The translations under genes were made by a program, and so were the position numbers. DNA of 64,000 nt from a virus (Duplodnaviria; Caudoviricetes): the IMG/VR virus record IMGVR_UViG_3300037312_000330, positions 184,885 to 248,884 of that record. One strand, written 5' to 3'. Under the pieces are notes generated by a model. It worked only from the letters and a program-made list of their open reading frames with translations. It was not told the origin of the DNA and made no database searches. Positions within the stretch are counted from its first letter, which is position 1. Every line of letters begins with the position of its first letter. This document shows, piece after piece, positions 62,126 to 64,000 of this stretch.

Positions 62126-62845
62126 ATGGAAGAAACAACTGGAATTACGGTGGGTCTCGTGGAACCACCAGAGTACATCAAAGCTGAAGACTACGCAACG
62201 CACACGAACGGACTGCCGAAGACAAACTTCGACCAGATGCGTGAGATGTCCCACAGGATTGTGGACGTGTTCGTTCAGCGGCCAAACAGCGAGATCCCTG
62301 TTGGCGGCACGGAAATTGGAAAATTTCTGTGCAGCGAGTCAGAAGATCTAGAAGCTGCGTTGGGGAAGGTGAACTTCAACGCGTTTGCGGCGGTTGATCT
62401 AGTGAACGTGCCAAGAGAGAAGACCCTCTACATGCGTATGTGTGAGATGGTGCTGGATCTGGCAATCGTCTATCTGATACGGATGCGTATCCGTCAGTTC
62501 GACATGCCGATGGAGCTGGGACATTCAGCTACAACATGGATTCCCAAGATCCCTAGCGACGATGAGATCAAGGCGTTGTTCACGTCGCTATCTGAACTGG
62601 CCCGTCAGAAGGACGCAGAGTACGGAGCTAGCTGGTGCAAGCGCGGCGGCATCGGCGCTTGGTTCACCACTGTGCGTAAGTTCGACCGTCTGGTGACGCA
62701 GCTTCTGAAGAAGGACTACAACATCTGGGATGTATCTGATGATGTGAACTCTACGGAATGCCTCGAAGAGACCATCAAGGATGCTATCAACTATTTGCTG
62801 CTGATACTGGAGAAGCGGCAAACGATTCAAAATATCGGGAGCTAA
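62126..62845 (+). CDS. Nucleotide-modification-associated domain (Nmad1/DUF1599-like, MazG-like all-alpha)
   Basis: C-terminal QKDAEYGASWCKRGG.G......RK.DRL...E.LEETIKDAINYLLL. Confidence 0.75.
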   Translation: MEETTGITVGLVEPPEYIKAEDYATHTNGLPKTNFDQMREMSHRIVDVFVQRPNSEIPVGGTEIGKFLCSESEDLEAALGKVNFNAFAAVDLVNVPREKTLYMRMCEMVLDLAIVYLIRMRIRQFDMPMELGHSATTWIPKIPSDDEIKALFTSLSELARQKDAEYGASWCKRGGIGAWFTTVRKFDRLVTQLLKKDYNIWDVSDDVNSTECLEETIKDAINYLLLILEKRQTIQNIGS

Positions 62846-62847
62846 TA

Positions 62848-63351
62848 ATGCTAATTCTAGTAGCCATCTGGAAAGCGGTCACGGGATTCTTCTCCAGTGT
62901 ATGTAAGTTCCTTGTGGAACACCCGTTGGTTCTTGGCGCTCTTGTTGTATTCGCAGTAGGAATGCTAGCAGGTGGTTGGCTAGAGGGAAAGCAGATGGAA
63001 TCGAAGTACGAGCCTGTCATCCAAGCGTTCCAGAAGGACGCGCAGGCTCGTGAGCTTAAGATCAAACAGATAGAAGCGGATACTCAACAAGCGGCCGCAG
63101 AAGCCAGGACAGTGATCCAAGCTAAGGACAGTCTGATCGACGCGGTTAGCAAGTCCTACGAAGAGAGGATCGCTGCAATGAAGAAGAACCCACAGATAAA
63201 GACTGTCATCGTTCCTGGAGCCAAGGAAACAGTGTACGTCAACCAAGCTGGAGAGGTGAGTTGCAGGAGGTTCCCACAAGAATTCACTGACACAGTGAAT
63301 GAGATGGTAGACAAAGCAAACGGTGATGTCCAGAAAGGAAAAGCACCATGA
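62848..63351 (+). CDS. Inner-membrane spanin (Rz-like)
   Basis: N-terminal TM helix then coiled coil; directly followed by an overlapping lipoprotein gene. Confidence 0.7.
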   Translation: MLILVAIWKAVTGFFSSVCKFLVEHPLVLGALVVFAVGMLAGGWLEGKQMESKYEPVIQAFQKDAQARELKIKQIEADTQQAAAEARTVIQAKDSLIDAVSKSYEERIAAMKKNPQIKTVIVPGAKETVYVNQAGEVSCRRFPQEFTDTVNEMVDKANGDVQKGKAP

Positions 63352-63632
63352 AGAAGTCACGTTTTGCAGGGTCCTTCGGGGCCCTTTTTATGGTCTGCGC
63401 TCTTTGTGGGTGTGGAACAGTGCAGCCACCGGCAGTTCCATCGTCTTCCAACACTGTTAACTTCGACAAGGGGCTGTTGGAAGACTGCAAGAAACTCCCA
63501 CATCTGAAGTCGAGCACAGACGTAGACGTCAACGCATGGATAGCCTCTGTCACTGAGATACACATTGAGTGTGCAGAAACGAAGCGCAAAGAGAACGAAC
63601 AGATCAAGAAAGCCTTGAACATTGTACCATGA
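63348..63632 (+). CDS. Outer-membrane spanin lipoprotein (Rz1-like)
   Basis: Lipobox LCGC, Pro-rich linker, two further Cys (LLEDC..LP; HIECA). Confidence 0.7.
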   Translation: MKKSRFAGSFGALFMVCALCGCGTVQPPAVPSSSNTVNFDKGLLEDCKKLPHLKSSTDVDVNAWIASVTEIHIECAETKRKENEQIKKALNIVP

Positions 63633-63967
63633 GTGGGACGATGAACGAGAAGACCCGCAAGCAGTTGGAGGAGATCCGACAAATGCTGGGAGAACGATCC
63701 GTAACCGATAAGCCTTATTGGCAACAAGACCCGATATACACGGGCAGTCTTACTATTAATAATACGATTAGTGCGACTAGCACTACCGTCACATACGTCA
63801 ACTACAACGACGCAATCACCAGCACCAACTTCATACCTATGGGATGGAAAGAAGCTGAGTCTCAGGACGTGTCGGTACGAATCGAGAAGGCCAAGAAGAA
63901 GCGTATTGCCAATGAGAAGGAGATCAAGCGACTGACTATGGGACCGAAAGCGAGTAGGTGGCGATGA
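63629..63967 (+). CDS. Hypothetical protein
   Basis: ATGA coupling to the o-spanin stop. Confidence 0.55.
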   Translation: MSGTMNEKTRKQLEEIRQMLGERSVTDKPYWQQDPIYTGSLTINNTISATSTTVTYVNYNDAITSTNFIPMGWKEAESQDVSVRIEKAKKKRIANEKEIKRLTMGPKASRWR

Positions 63968-64000
63968 GCAACGGAATGTTCTACTTCATCGAGACTGCCT

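Noticed and set aside
1-64000. Stop-codon reassignment (alternative genetic code)
   Set aside because: Conserved genes are full length and end at TAA, TAG and TGA under the standard code, with tight gene packing.
1-64000. tRNA, rRNA or other structured RNA genes
   Set aside because: Intergenic gaps are mostly under 100 nt and none showed a cloverleaf with T-loop GTTCRA and D-loop features by eye; a tRNAscan/Infernal run would be definitive.

Overview
This window is a 64 kb segment of a large lytic tailed phage (jumbo-phage-like). Spanins and Tat-type signal peptides suggest a Gram-negative host. It is densely coding in the standard genetic code, in three blocks: + strand 1-14.7 kb, - strand 14.7-50.9 kb (one + strand endonuclease inserted) and + strand 51-64 kb. 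It carries a bacterial-style replication and recombination set: a probable SSB (cut by the window edge), RecA, SbcD/SbcC, a DnaX-like clamp loader, a beta clamp, a DnaB helicase, a DnaG-type primase, an NAD-dependent ligase, a 5'-3' exonuclease, an SF2 helicase, a type IB topoisomerase and a Cas4-like nuclease. It also holds packaging genes (large terminase, portal), a sigma70-family factor, spanins, two free-standing endonucleases and candidate counter-defence genes (Tad1-like sponge, NADAR, ART-fold protein). The most notable part is a ~10 kb operon (52.5-62.8 kb). It combines a dUMP-type hydroxymethylase, an aGPT-Pplase1-family enzyme, two TAGT-like glycosyltransferases, sugar kinase/nucleotidyltransferase genes, a PAPS-dependent sulfotransferase and an APS-kinase-like protein. 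This suggests a possible sulfated or sulfo-glycosylated hydroxymethyluracil DNA modification (inference). Two recurring upstream motifs, TGTAAA[T/G] and TA[A/T]TTTGATG, sort with replication/modification genes and with virion/packaging genes respectively. No tRNA, rRNA or CRISPR array was seen. All family assignments are by-eye motif recognition, not database searches.
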